Positions 10,350-24,191 of a DNA stretch of 64,000 nucleotides are shown here, piece by piece. This stretch comes from Selaginella moellendorffii (Eukaryota > Plantae > Lycopodiophyta). The stretch spans positions 290,908 to 354,907 of the forward strand of contig NW_003314300.1 in the NCBI RefSeq assembly GCF_000143415.4, read 5' to 3'. Under the pieces are notes generated by a model that ran no database searches, was not told where the DNA came from, and saw only the letters and a list, made by a program, of their open reading frames with translations. Every line of letters begins with the position of its first letter. Positions within the stretch are counted from its first letter, which is position 1. A program made the position numbers and the translations under genes.

Positions 10350-13300
10350 GTAAAATTCTGAGGCATTTGAGGATGTGAAGCTTAAATTTGTCAAAAATCA
10401 ATGCACTCGTTACTTGGAAATGGGCTATTAAATTTAAGATTATACTTTTCTAAAGTTTGTCAAATGACTGGTTACTACAGTGAAAACTAATTTGTTCAAG
10501 AGCAATGAAATTACCATGGAAAATGAGGTTAATAAGGACTCTACAATATAGAGGTAGTTGCAACACTAAGTAGGTGACTCTTAGATTTTGGTTGTACTAT
10601 TTTTATTGGCAATAAGAAGCGTCTTTTTTAGTATTACATTGGAAATATAATGTTCAATTAAGCAATAATACCATTATCCTTATGGAAGGCATTAAACAAT
10701 TTTAACTTTTATTTGATCATGAGAGGATTATAGCATTTGATGGTGCCACTTTGCGATAAAATATAATTTCGATCACTAAAATATGTATCAAAATATAATG
10801 ATAATCTTTAATACAAAAGAAGTATCTTTGGTTAACTTTAATGACTTTAATATGCTTAGTACATAATTACTTCATGAGTAATGCATAGGAGACTTGTATA
10901 AAATTATCATTACCTACTCAATTTAAGCCTTTCAAATTGTGGAAATAAATTCTTATGTTAAGCTTTAACACAAAAGACTTGGTCATATGTATTACCAATC
11001 TCTTCAATAAATGAAATCTCAAGACATTGTTATTGAATTAGTTTTTCAGCGTATTTCATTTATTTTTTGTGAAACTTGCATTCTAAGCAAACATCATCAC
11101 TAAAATTTCTCACTAAATAAACATTGAATAACTAGACTTTTGGACATGGTTTATTCAAATCTTTGCAACCCTATAAATGTTTTAAGCCATGACAGTGTGA
11201 AATATTTTATCATATTCAATAATGATTATAATCATTAGATATGGATCTATTTTTTGATATGTAAGAGTTGTTATTTTCAAGGCCTATATTGAAAATCTTT
11301 TTAGCTATAAAATAATTTTTTTTACATTGATGGTGGTGGTGAATGCCTCAACAATTAACTTTGGAGCATTTATTATGATATAGATATATAACTTCAAACT
11401 ACAGCTTATTACACTCCTTAGCAAAATGGTGTTGCAAAAAAGAAAAATCACATTTTTGTCAATGTTACTTGCACTTTGTTAACTAATATATATTTTGATA
11501 AAACATTTTACCAAGAGGCCATAGGCACAATGATATATGCTTAAAATCACTTTACCACAATTTCTTTGAATAATAAAATCTTTAAAATATTTTAACTAAA
11601 CTCTACTCCTAATGTATCATGCTTTTTTGGGACTTTGGTTGTGTAGTGTATATGCATACCCTAATCAACTTTAGAAAAAATTAGTTCCTAAAAGTAAAAA
11701 TTCATCTTCATAAAATATGCACAAAATGATACTATGGGGAGAAAAACTTATAAATTATCTTGCAAAGCCTTTATAAATATAGATATCACATTTAACAATT
11801 CCACTCTTCAAAATATTTTTTTTATTAAGGCTTGATTTGTTCCTTTAATTCCACTTATAGGAGACAATCCACTCTTACTTTTACCCATGGATTTTATTCA
11901 TTTGTTATCATTAAAGTTTCCCTAGAGGAATCCTTTAAACATATTTGAATCAATTGATGCTCCTTTAGTTGAGGATAGGACTCTAATATCTTTACCACTT
12001 TTGTCAATGTTATAGCATACTTGATATGATGCTAATTCCTAATCACCCTTAAAGAAAAAATTATTTAAACTCATAAAAGAGCTACATCTCTTAACTTTCA
12101 TTTATGAAGGCATGAATTTGTAAAAAAGTGTGAAAAATTATAAATAATTAAAACAACTTAAAAAACAGTCTATTGGGGTTAAAATATAAAAGGAATGTGC
12201 ACATGAATAAAAATGCACCCCTTTTTCTAATCGATTAAAGATCTTAGGAAATATAGAGTTAAATATTTTTGGTTTTAATATTATGATGGGTGACCTTTTG
12301 AGAATTTAAAATTCAAGAAGTTAACCATTATTGAAAATGCTAAAACAAATGCTATGAAACTTAATAATTTTTGTGGTTTTTTTTATGCCAACATTCTCAT
12401 CACTTATGATAAGGCCATCTTAGGCTCTGTTTTGAATAGAAGCTAAGTTATTTCCATTGAAATTAATGACATATATATTCAAGTGGATTCAACACTATTG
12501 GGATGACATATTTTGAATCCAAAGTGGATTTTTTCCAAAAATTATGGGCCAAGTAGTATATTATAAAACATAATTAGTTGTTCATGGCTTTTGCTAAGTC
12601 CATGCCCTTGACTACAATGAAATACACTAGTTGCTAAATGAGCCAGCTTTTGTACCCCTTTTGCACTTCTGGCTACTTGCAAATGGCAAGTCCATTATAT
12701 GGATGTCAAAACAATATTCTTGAATAGAGATTTGCAAAAAGATATATATATGCATATACTTTTTAATTTTGAGGATGATATTGCCCTAGTGAAGCTAAAT
12801 GGCAACTGTGAAAAGCTTTATATGGCTTTCTTGCATTTGGTCAAAAATTTAATACTACCTTACATGCCTAGGGCTTTCATTGTTGCCATGATTGCAATAT
12901 ATATGTGAATGGTCATGTTGGGAGCATGTTTATCATGTGTTCATCATAGGTGATGACCCTTATGCCATTGCTACTTTGAAAGCTACTTATAGCCAGCAAT
13001 TTTAGATGAAGGACCTTGGCCAAGTCTCTTACTTTTTTGGCTTTAAGATCACATGCAATCCCAAGTCTAGTGTAGAGTCTAGTGGCTACATGCTTAACTA
13101 CTGACATAAGGTCAATCTTTATCAATTTTGTATGCATGATTGCCACCTTGTCAAGACCTTGATGGTTATCAATGCCATCAATCTCATGGTTGAGCAGTCA
13201 AGTGTGCCTTTACCCGTTGGGACTCCCTATTAACATCTCATCAATTGCCTCATGTATTTGGCATTGATGACTTGCCCCAATGTGACTATCACCTTGTGTC

Positions 13301-13860
13301 TATATAACACATCACTAACCACCATGCATTGTCAAGCTGCCAAGCATATCATCCAATACCTCTAAGGCACTATGGACTATGGCATTTCTTATTCAAGAGG
13401 CAATTCACCATTGACATGCTTGCTAATAATAAAGGCCATCACTTGACTTCTAGCATTTGCCTTTGCTTCTCAAGAGGTGTTATTATGTGGGCTTCCAAGT
13501 GACAATCTATTGTGGCACTTTCTAGTGCAAAAGCTAAGTGCATCACACTCACTATTGGTAGTAGGGAAGTGGTCTGGGCTCAAGGGCTACTTGCTCAACT
13601 GGGATGTGCACAAGCTAGCCTTACTCCTTCTTGGTGTGACAACTTGAGCAGCATCACCATGTCCAAGAACCCGATCCAGCATACTTGCACAAAGCACATT
13701 GAAGTGCAATTTTGCTATGTGCTTGAGCTGGTTGACAGTGGCACCCTATCAGTCCAACATCTGGACATGCTAGCCGGAGTGTTGCCACATAGACATTAGG
13801 GCTTCTTGTTCTGTCCACTAGTGCAGTACTTGATCCTGATTTGTCTCAATCTGAAGGCAT
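10350..13860 (+). mobile_element. Highly decayed Ty1/Copia pol
   Basis: Motifs in Copia order: HKRLGH and CILSKH (GAG-pre-integrase); DGGGE and TP*QNGVA (integrase); MDVKTIFLNRDLQKDIYM (RT); WCDNLSSITMSKNPIQHTCTKHIEV (RNase H). Many stops. Confidence 0.9.
12138..12326 (+). mobile_element. Solo LTR of the 5S-bearing TRIM, inserted in the Copia element (another partial copy at ~4975-5090)
   Basis: AAATATAAAAGGAA...AAAATGCACCCCTTTTT...GAGTTAAATATTTTTGG...GATGGGTGACCTTTTGAGAA matches the reverse complement of the 6935/7335 LTRs. Confidence 0.7.
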
Positions 13861-14289
13861 GTGAGAAGCCTCTTCCATGCATGTTTCTGCCATATTTTGC
13901 CACACTTGTTTGGAATTCTATCTTGAGTTCTCAGACATGATAGTCACCTGGCTGGCATCTGTTATAAAGAGCCTAAGAACGCCACTATCACACAGTCAAG
14001 AAGGCTGAAAAGCTGTTTTCAGCTGCCAGGAAGAAACACAATTCTTTTGATATGGGTGATTCCAGGAGTTAAATACTCTTCTCAGGTGGTAACTTTGGCA
14101 GTACACCAGGGTCTCACTCACTTCTTCGTCAAAATGCCTTTTGCTTGTGTGAGTGAGAAACTAGGTGTTATCAATTCAACTTTGGCACATTTGTAAGGAA
14201 CAGAAGGTAGGTTTTCATCATGGTACCTCTAGGATGTGCAACTCATGAAGTCATATGGTTTGGCTGCAGGGGATGTATGGTTGAAATGC

Positions 14290-14460
14290 AAGCAAGATTC
14301 AAGATACGTGAACTTGTTATGACATTTGCATGCTGTGGTACCACCAGAATTGCGTCAGCTACAATCCAACGCCAATTGTGAGGCCTCCATATGTTGCTGG
14401 AGGGAGTGAGATTTGCAGACAGCATGATTTTGAGTGCCAGGAATGCAAGGAGTCGACAGA
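14290..14460 (+). pseudogene. PHD-finger-like fragment
   Basis: Translation TCYDICMLWYHQNCVSYNP...FECQECK. No complete gene model could be built. Confidence 0.35.
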
Positions 14461-15065
14461 GCCCAAGTCCCGTCCTAGGCTATTAACCGTCAACTAAAGC
14501 TGTGAGAAGTGGCGATCCACTCATTCTGGGTGGGGCAAAGGTATGAACCTTGAAAAGCTGAAAGGTTCTAGAACGTTTCTAATCACTGCCAGCTCTCATT
14601 GCAGAGGAAAGAACGGTCAATTCAAAGCAAAGCATGGATCGTCCAATCCTAGATTCTACAAACGCATTTTGCAGCTTCTGGATGGCAGGATATATGCATT
14701 CTTGGAGGACGTTCTAGACGATGAGTGAGAGGCTGCTCCTGTTGGAGAGATATGCTCCAAAAGAAAGCTAAGAAACATAAGTCTAGAGATTGAAACCTTT
14801 GAACTGGCAAACAAGGTAAGTCCGTATTATCACTTAAAATATAATTACCTTTTAAGAAATATAAGTGTCTTTAGGTCCTTTTTGGGTTTAAACTTTCACC
14901 ACTTTGACGGAATATGCCTAAGAGCATATGCCGCTAGTATGTTCTCTCGTCGCTAGAGCCAAAATCTCTCCACAAGCTGATAATCAGGGTTTGTTCTCTC
15001 GCCAGAAATTTGGCTCGTCCCGAGGGATTCTAGGTGCGTCTAGCGAGGAATGCGAGGCTGGAGAG

Positions 15066-16348
15066 ATGTTCTCGTCGATGTCGGCCCCGCATTCTCCCGC
15101 AGTAAGCAGCTTCGGTGGTTCTTGGGCAAGAAATTTCAGATGCTTGAGTCTGGAGCGTCCGGTTTTGTGGATTTCGAGGTCAAGGCCGCTCAACCGCAGT
15201 GTAAGGGCGACGCTCACGGATGATTCTTCCTCCTCGAACAACGGGTTTTGCATCATCGAGAGCCGAGACACCGTCGTCGATCTCGCGAAAATGCAGTTCG
15301 AGGAGCTCAGGGACAACGTGAAAAGCCGCCGCAACAAAATCTTCTTTCTCATGGAGGAGGTATTTCCAGAATGGCTCCTGTGTGTCATCGATCGATCGCT
15401 CCTTTTTTTCCATTCGACGTTCCTTCCAGGTTAGAAGACTGAGGATCCAGCAGCGATTGAAAGGCGCCGAGCTAGGCCTGGAAGAGGAGGACGAGGAGAA
15501 CGATCTGCCAGAGTATTCATCGTTGTTTCCATTTCTTCCACCTTTGGTAAACAAACACTTTCTTATGTTTTTCTATTTCCTCTCAGCAATGGCTTGGCTA
15601 TGGCAGACATACACGACGTTGAAGTTATACTATGCAACTTGCTTTGCCTTGTGCGGTGGAGTCATCCTTTTCGGTGGCCTTCTAGCTCCTGTTGTAAGCA
15701 CTAAAATTCAATACTGTGTAGAGATAAGATCTTGTTTTCCTTTCCAAAGCTGGAGCTCCGACTTGGGGTTGGATTTACCTCCTATACCGATTTCATTCAC
15801 AAGATGCACTTACCCGAGCAGCTAAGGTTTGTGACACTGGAGGTTTGTTGCTGCTGCTTGATGTGGTCTTTGGGATTTTTATAGTCAGGTCGATCCAATC
15901 GTTGCTTCGTTTTCGGGTGGGGCAGTCGGAGTCTTATCGTCTCTGATGGTGGTGGAAGCTAATAACATCCGGCAGCAGGATAAGCAGAGGTGCAAGTACT
16001 GTCATGGAACTGGTATGGCAATCAATGAGGTCATGGTTTTCATTGCTACAATGCTTTTCAATGTTTCAAGGCTATCTGTCGTGCGCTCTATGCTCAGCTG
16101 CTGGAACTGTAGCGAGGCCGGAATCCATGGAACGTAAGAGATGTCCAAACTGCTTTGGCGTGACGAAGGTAGAAGTTTCTGCCTCCTGCGTCTAGCTACA
16201 CTTTATTTAATTCCTTCTGGTGTCTCCTTTCTTTTTCTGATGTTTTCTCTGTCATTTTTCTAATTTGCAGGTGATGTGTCCTACTTGTTTGTGCACAGGA
16301 ATGGCACTTGCTACTGAACACGACCGTCGAATCGATCCTTTCGACTGA
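15066..16348 (+). CDS. OR: ORANGE (OR) DnaJ-like Cys-rich zinc-finger protein, plastid (multi-exon)
   Basis: GFCIIESRDTVVDLAKMQFEELRDNVKSRRNKIFFLMEE/VRRLRIQQR; VDPIVASFSGGAVG; CKYCHGTG; CPTCLCTGMALATEHDRRIDPFD*. Confidence 0.93.
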
Positions 16349-16604
16349 TGAGTGAGTGAGTGCGTATTCCTTTTCGTCTAAAAAAATTCCCCTAGCCATT
16401 GATCTTAGCGAAAACAGCGACTAATGCTTTTGACTTGCTCTCTGTCACCAGGTGAGGGTGGGGTTACGTGTGTCTTTCCACCCGCCACACTTGGCGATCG
16501 AGAGTATGAAAATAATCTCGAAAGCTGGGAAATGCCGACTGTATGCCTTGCTTGCTTGTTTCATTTTTTAATGTTTTGGTGCAGGAAGCGGTGGCAAGTC
16601 TGAC

Positions 16605-16830
16605 GACGAGGCAAGGAAGAAGTTCCTGTCGAGCAGAGAAGTTGCCTATTAGAAGAGAGATCTCAGGAGATGGGTGATGGAGAAAGCAGACTTAACAGCG
16701 GGGGAGACGAGGAGAATGAGCGTGATGGGCTTGTCTCGGTTCATAGCCGGCACAGCCACGCCGAGGATATGGATGGAGGAAGCCTTTTCGCGACGCGTTG
16801 GAGGACATGGAAGCTTTGCTCTTGCGAGCG
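16605..16830 (+). pseudogene. Fragment of the CR-like NTPase family
   Basis: Near-identical to ~40055-40280 (DDEARKKFLSSREVAY*KRDLRRWVMEKADL). Confidence 0.8.
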
Positions 16831-17268
16831 TCCTCCCGACACACGTACTATTGTGTTTGATCCAAATTTCAGGCAAAAGCCTTCGATTAAACAACACATA
16901 AGCTCCAAGCTGAAAAGATTCATCACTCCTACCCTTCACTGATGTTATTCCTTCCAAGAAAAACATAAGGCATCTGGCACGAAACGCATGCTTGCGATGA
17001 GATCTTGAGCAGCACCCAAACGCCCAGCACGGCTCAGACCATGGATCACGCAGCAATAGTCTGGATCAAGACCATCATAGAGCTAAAGCACTACTTAGAT
17101 CTAATGTTTTCATCGTATCAAACATTTCCAATGCACAGTGCTCCACCACTCTGGAGTAGTTTAGACGTTGAGTCGTCCTCTGGCATCAAAAGGGATTTTT
17201 ACTTCCCGCATATATTCGATGACACAGATCTCTGGCTAGGAGAAGCTGTGATCTTTGCGTGTATGCTG

Positions 17269-18100
17269 TTAGCAATTCTGGCATCCAATTGAATATTTCT
17301 GTCGCATCCTTCCTTTTGAGATTAAGTCAAGCATGGACTTTCTGTTTGCCTCTAGCATATCATCAAAAACTTCTTCTGCCCGTGCCAAATCTCCATGCAA
17401 TGTGTATGTTGCTAGCATGGTGTTCCAGACTATCAAATCCCTCTGTGGCATTTTACTGTAGACATCTTTTGCCGCTTACAGAAAGCCATTCTAACGATGA
17501 AGTTCACCAACTCAGTTTATCAGCGACAGCTCGTACCCCATCCATCTCGCGTTCCTCCTGTCGTCTCTTGAAGCATCTTCCAGTGTTCATATGCAGATAG
17601 CGCACTTAGTGAATTTCATTTCTTGAAGCATCTTGCAATGTTTTCTTATGCCGATAGCAGTGCATTGCAGCAAATGATGTTTTGCATTCGCATTTGGGTA
17701 AAGATCTCCTCGCTAGCACTATTATATACTATAATAGTATTATATATAATAATAGTATTATAATAATTATTATTATAATACTATTATATACTATTGTTAA
17801 ATAATATTTCAATTAAGAAGCTTGTGAAAGAAAAAACCTTAGCAAGAAACAGCCAGATTTGTCCACGAAATCAAGTAATGAAGTGGCATTGCATTAAAAT
17901 GAGATTTTGCTATGTCATTATGCTCATGTTAGACATATGACACAAGTATCATGTCGAAGGGTGTTTACCTCCGTACAAGACGAGAGCGTTGTCTCATCAA
18001 CAGCAATGATCAAAGCCTACGGAATAAAGCGAAGGAGTGGAGAGTGCTCATTGGAGAAATCTTGTTTTGAATGGCGCAAATACCCTGTCTGGGCATTTGG
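17269..18100. pseudogene. PPR gene fragments
   Basis: MPQRDLIVWNTMLATYTLHGDLARAEEVFDDM (-); RRVFTSVQDESVVSSTAMIKAYG (+). Confidence 0.65.
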
Positions 18101-18249
18101 ACGAGGAAATAGCAAGAGGCTTGAGCTTCTTTATATCCATGAATAATCTCTCAGCTGTGCCGGGCAGCTCCGAGAAGATCATTAAGACGACTGGCCAAAC
18201 CCAGTCAGTCTCTTCGAGCACCAGTCAACGCGATCAACTAACAGGCCCT

Positions 18250-20300
18250 CGACTCCATGGGATATGTAAAGGTTGACGAAAAGCCATGGCGTTTCCTGCC
18301 GGTCAACCCAGTCAGTCAATGGCAAGTTAAAGCTCTCGTTTACTTGACGTAAAATGAGTATGTACATGTTTGTACGCCAGCTTTAAGCAGAGGAAAGTAC
18401 AGACATGACCAGCTATAGAAAGCTGTCAAGCTCTTCCATGGCTAGCGATTGGCGCAAGCAGCAAAGCCGGTTGCAAAGATTCGCGTTCACAGCCATTTTT
18501 CTCGGCCAGATATAGCCCGACTTCTCTGGATACGCTCGCGCCAAACGAGAGCCCCTCTTCACGTCCTTCGCGTCCTTGTAAAGCCCGAAACCGTAGTGAT
18601 CAAGCAACGCCTCAACCTGGAAGACAACCAGCACCGTATGCCGTTCTGGGCATACTCACTGGAAACCGCAAGCATCTAAAGCTTTGCGTTGTCACCTCCC
18701 TCCTTTTGCCTTTTGCTTTTTCCTATGGACAGATACTATCCTAAACTCTCATGGACACCGCTCTACGAGAGAGGCGATAAAGTTTCTTCTGTAGTCTTCC
18801 GTGGGCTCAGGCTAGAAATCGTTGGCAACTGGTGTCTCCCTTCGCACTATGATCCGCAAGAGGATGCGGTTCTGGAGTTTGTCACCACTCGAAAACCGTC
18901 CAAAAAGGTACAAGATTCTATTTCGAAGAGCCTCGATGAATCTGGGGTCTGTTGCTCGTTTGACGGGAAGAGCCTCTTCGTTTTCTTCCCGACGTCTCTC
19001 GCCTACGCGACGCTAGCCGATGCAAAAGAACAGGTCCGGTGCTATGCCATGAAGAAAGGGAACGTGTTCGAGTTTCTCTTGCTGCCCAGCCCGCTTTGGA
19101 AGTCGAAAGAGGGCAAGTTCTTCATGCCTCAACAAGCTCTCTTCCGGACGTGTGAGCCCTACTGTCCATCCTAGCGTTCGAGATTGGGGAGAGGCACGAA
19201 GAGCCGGCGTGGCGCCAACTTTTCGAATCCGGGGCATTTTCTGGAGTCTTGGCCTTGATGCCCGGATGCCTGGACGTGGTTCTTATCACTCGCCAAGGGA
19301 CTCAACGATTCCATGACCCCGACTTTGTAGACTTGAGCGAGCTGTTGAGTGGCTTTCGGCTCTATCTCACGGCTCTTCCAAGGGTACTCTGGCCAACACT
19401 CCGGGAAGTAAGTGTCGCCATCTTTGGCGATGCGAAAACGAGTTCACCTCACTTGTTTGTGCAGGATCGGAGGGGCTACATGACAACCAACAAGAAGCTG
19501 GCGGATATCCTTTGCAAACGTATACGCGAAGGGAATGTAGAAGAGGCGAAAGCGGTGGTGTGTTTTATGTCTTGTTTAGATACGTTTAGCTCCTTTGAGG
19601 TGCTCCCTCTGGTGAGTCTTTCTCCGTATATGCATGGTTCATGTCCGGTGTTTAAATTGCAATACACAGGTTCTAGCTGTGTCCAAGAACATGGAAGAGC
19701 TCGTGGAGTTTATGTGTGAATTTGAGGTCGACGTGGATCAAGTTGACTGGTTTGGACGAAGCAGCGTTGTCTTCTTCACTAAATTGTGCTGCCTTGTAGG
19801 TTTGGTCAAACTGCACGAGCTCGCGCTACGGGAAAGATTCGAAAGTTTATCGACGAGAAATACCCGGATGCCCCGGATGCTCCTGGTTTGATCTTTTGTT
19901 CTTACTATAGGTTACACATACGTAATTATTGATGGATTGTGTGCTTGCAGAAGGTTTGACAGTGAGCGCCCCTGAACCATCAACGGTGAAAGTTTCTGGT
20001 CTCACTTCCGAAAATCTCCGGAAACTGGTAAAGATGGTCTCCGGAAGAAAGATTGCCGCCTACTATCTCCCTGATGCAGTTGGAGAAAACAATACAATGT
20101 GTTTGCAGGTAAGTAGCTTTTGTAGATGCTCTCTTTTGTTCACGCCTTTCTTTTGTCTGAATAATGCAGCAATTGTTTCCTGATGCAAGCGATCCTGATT
20201 CATTACTTCGAGAGGTCAAAGCCACGCTAATGTTAGGAGGAGACTAGATGGCGGCAGTGCCAAGCAATGATATACGCCATAGCCAATCATGGACTCTTCA
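18250..20300 (+). pseudogene. Multi-exon gene or pseudogene of unknown function
   Basis: Chain of coding-like GC-rich segments separated by short GT-AG introns, with several in-frame stops or shifts. No domain recognised. Confidence 0.5.
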
Positions 20301-20547
20301 TCACTTGGACGGTCCTGATCTGCGCCTCATAATCGCGGATTTTCCAAAAAGGTCAAACCTGTAAATATAACTACCCTTAAGAAATATAACTAATCCTGCC
20401 TTTAGGTCAAGTACCTTTTTTGGTTTAAGGACTTTGACGGAATATGCCTAAGACTTGAGGATATTACGTTCTCCCCACTGATAATCAGGGTTTGTAGGGC
20501 TCGCGAGAATTCCAGGTGCGTCTAGCGAGGAATGCGAGGTTGGAGAG

Positions 20548-21792
20548 ATGTTCTCGTCGATGTCGGCCCCGCATTCTCCCGCAGTAAGCAGCTTGGGTGG
20601 TTCTTGGGCAAGAAATTCCGGATGCTTGAGTCTGGAGCGTCCGGTTTTGTGGATTTCGAGGTCGAGACCGCTCAACCGCAGTGTAAGGGCGACGCTCACG
20701 GATGATTCCTCCTCCTCGAACAACGGGTTTTACATCATCGACAGCCGAGACACTGTCGTTGATCTCGCGAAAATGCAGTTCGAGGAGCTCAGGGATGACG
20801 TGAAAACTCGTCTTGCGCATGGAGGAGGTATTTGAATTTGTGCTCTTGTGTGTCATCGATCGATCCCTCTTCTTTCCAGGTTAGAAGACTGAGGATCCAG
20901 CAGCGATTGAAAGGCGCCGAGCTAGGCCTGGAAGAGGAGGACGAGAAGAATGATCTACCAGAGTAATTATCGTTGTTTCGATTTCTTCCACCTTTGGTAA
21001 ACAAACACTTTCTTATGTTTTTCTATTTCCTCTCAGCAATGGCTTGGCTATGGCAGACATACACGACGTTGAAGTTATACTATGCAACTTGCTTTGCCGT
21101 GTACGGTGGAGTCATCCTTTTTGGTGGCCTTCTAGCTTGTAAGCACTTCAAATCTAGACTGTATATATGATCTCCTTACATTTTTGTTTTCCTTTTCAAA
21201 GCTGGAGCTCAGACTTGGGATTGGATTTCCCACCTATACTGATTTATACATTTACCCGAGCAGCTAAGGTTTGTGACACAGGGAGTTTGTTGCTGTTGCT
21301 TGATGTGGTCTTTGGGATTTTTATAGTCAGGTCGATCCAAGCGTTGCATCATTTTCGGGTGGGTCAGTCGGAGCTAATAACATCCGGCAGCAGGATAAGA
21401 AGAGGTGCAAGTATTGTCATGGAACTGGTATGGCAATCAATGAAGGCTTCATTCATTTTTCATAGTTTTTATTGCTACAATGCTTTGCTTTACAATGTTT
21501 CATGTCTATCTGTCGTGCTGCTCAGCCGCTGGAACTGTAGCGAGTCCGGAATCCATGGAACGTAAGAGATGTCCAAACTGCTTTGGCGTGACGAAGGTAG
21601 AAGTTTCTTCCTCCTCCGTCTAGCTACACTTTATTTTCTTACTTCCGATGTCTCCTTTCTTTTTCTGATGTTTTCTCCGTCCACTTTTGATCCTTTTTCA
21701 TTTTTTTCTTGCAGGCGATGTGTCCTACTTGTTTGTGCACAGTAATGGCACTGGCTACTGAACATGACCGTCGAATCGATCCTTTCGACTGA
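20548..21792 (+). pseudogene. ORANGE pseudogene (duplicate of ~14840-16605)
   Basis: Highly similar to the OR gene but with a deletion at SRRNKIFF, an in-frame TAA (GAGTAA at ~20961) and further deletions. Confidence 0.9.
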
Positions 21793-22193
21793 TGAGTGAG
21801 TGAGTGCGTATTCCTTTTCGTCTTTACACCGCCAAAAGAATTCCCCTAGCTATTGATCTTAGCGAAACAGCGACTAATGCTTTTGACTTGCTCTCTGTCA
21901 CCAGGTGAGGGTGGGGTTAGGTGTGTCTTTTCACCCACCACACTTGGCGATCGAGAGTATGAGCTACGCCACTCTCTCCTAAAATAATCTCGAGAGCTGG
22001 GAAAGATCAAGAGCTGCCGAGTGTATGCCTTGTTTGCTTGTTTCACTTTTGGCAAAAGTTTAATGTTCTGGTGCAGGGAGCGGTGGCAAGTTAGTATGTA
22101 TAGAGGCGTTGCTTCAGCCTCGACATTTTTCGCCGTTTCGCAGGAGGGGCAGCAAGAGCAGCCGCAGCAGCTCCATGCCGATCTTAGCCTGCT

Positions 22194-24191
22194 ATGGTAA
22201 CGATGACAGGCGAAGAGCATGCAAATTGGGGGTATCTATGGAGCAACCAAATGCAGTGGAAGCATCAATTTGTTGCCGTGTCTCCAGGAAAGCTTCAAGT
22301 CTTCTCATCAGAGCAGCGGGATCATCTAGAGGTACAGCTTCTTAGTTCGCCGATGCCATCGATTTTTGACACCCGATTCTGCAGAGAAGGATTTTTCTGA
22401 ATGGGGGTACCACTGTTAAGATTGTGGATTCCACGGAGTCCGGCAATGCCTCCCTCAATAGCAGCTCCAAGTTACATTTTTGGCGAAGGATCAGCAGGAG
22501 GAGCTCTTGCACGAATCAGTACTTGCCTGAGCCGGAGGGTGCGATAGTTTTCATCAAGACCGTCCAAGGAAAGAAGATGTTTCTATTAGTGTCAAACCAG
22601 GCAAGTTCTTTAATCAGTGTTTTCGCCGCTTGACTTTGCTTTTTCTGATATCAGCACGAAGCCGGAGTATGGAAAACGGCGATCGAGCAACGAATTGTTC
22701 TTCCACCGAAACACAAACGAGCACAGAGTCTTTTACGGGCTTTGTCCCTAACTTCTGCGCCATCAAAAAATAAGAGCGTCGATGAGGCAAGCCGTAAAAC
22801 AAGACCGCTCGCTCTACGTTGGCAGGTCGGCAATAATCAACATCCTGCTGATGCACTGGATACTCGTGAAGACTGTACAGCATTTTTAAAATCGAGATAC
22901 TCAAACACAAACGCGTTCGAAGCCGCCATGACGATGATCGAGCAATTCAATGGGTTCTACCAGATGGGAGACTGCCAGCTTCCAAACGAGGTACAGGATG
23001 AAAAATTCCAAGATAAAAACGAAATCTGACAATGGCTTTTTAGCTGCGGATTGAAGCGTGGAGAGGAACGCTACTTAGCATAGTGCGCAACCTTCGTGAT
23101 CAACTCCTTACTCGGACCTCTGACTTGTCTGAAGACCATTCCGAGAGCGTAAGTTTCATGTGGTTTCTAAGAGCTACTAATTTGAGTAAGCTGCGCAGCT
23201 CTGGCTAGCCTGTGAGACGTGGGTTATGGCTGCAGCGCATGACAAGATTATGGGCGCCTGCGAGCAAATGTACGCTGCTGATGACAGGAAGCTAGCTCAG
23301 AAACTATCAAAACTCAGACAGGTAAAAGAACAATCCATTCTCCCGATTTCATGTTGACTTTGTAATTTAATTTTGTTTTCGGATTTTTTTTCTCCAGCTG
23401 GATCCTTCGATACTGGGAGTAAATGCAGATCTCAAGGATATCGCTTTTGGAGACGCAATACAGGTGTTTGGAATGATCAACACTTGTCGCAGTCCCCTTG
23501 AAAAGGTACGGAAAGCTTCGTGTCACAAACATTTAGAAGAATGGTTTTCTTTTCCAGGCGGTCTGCTTGAAGAAAACGATCAACTTTGTGATGGACGGAA
23601 TTCAAGCTAGTTCGTCCAAAGGTATCAAAGCAAGGAAAGAAAAACTTCTATGCTTACTTCCAAGTATTTCCTTCCATGCAGAGAATCAGCTCTGTACAGA
23701 CGATCTTTTGTCACTCATGCTGCTCTTGATCGCACACGCCAAGGTAGATTCTCGCGAAAATCTCCATACCAAACGAGATAAAAATCTGCTTTTTTCGCAG
23801 CTCCAGCACTTGCAAGCTACTGCGTGTTACATGGAAAACTTCTTCCAAATGCGCGACGATCAACAAACCGGTGAATTGAGGTGAGTGATTTGCTTGAATT
23901 CTCTCAAGTCTAGGATGGAATGACACGATCGTGCTGCGCTGCGTCAGGTACCACATCACAAACTTCGTGGCGGCCTGCGCATACCTGTCGTCTCCAGAGA
24001 TCGAAGAGCTCGTCTCGAGCGTAGTGATCTCTCCGGCATCGTCATCCTCCTCGTCATCCTCCCCAAGCTCGTCCAATTCCTCCTCCTCCAAAGGCGGCGG
24101 AGGAAGATCCCGCAAAGAGATCGACGCTGCCTTCGCCACCGGGACGAGCGAATCCTCGCCAGAATTTATCCTCGCGCCAACTTACCTGTGA
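22194..24191 (+). CDS. PH-domain + VPS9-domain protein (putative Rab5 GEF), multi-exon
   Basis: PH-like: WGYLWSNQMQWKHQFVAVSPGKLQVF...RRIFLNGGTTVKIV...HEAGVWKTAIEQ. VPS9: SPLEK/AVCLKKTI, LCTDDLLSLMLLLIAHAK, ACYMENF, GELR/YHITNFVAACAYL. Confidence 0.8.
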
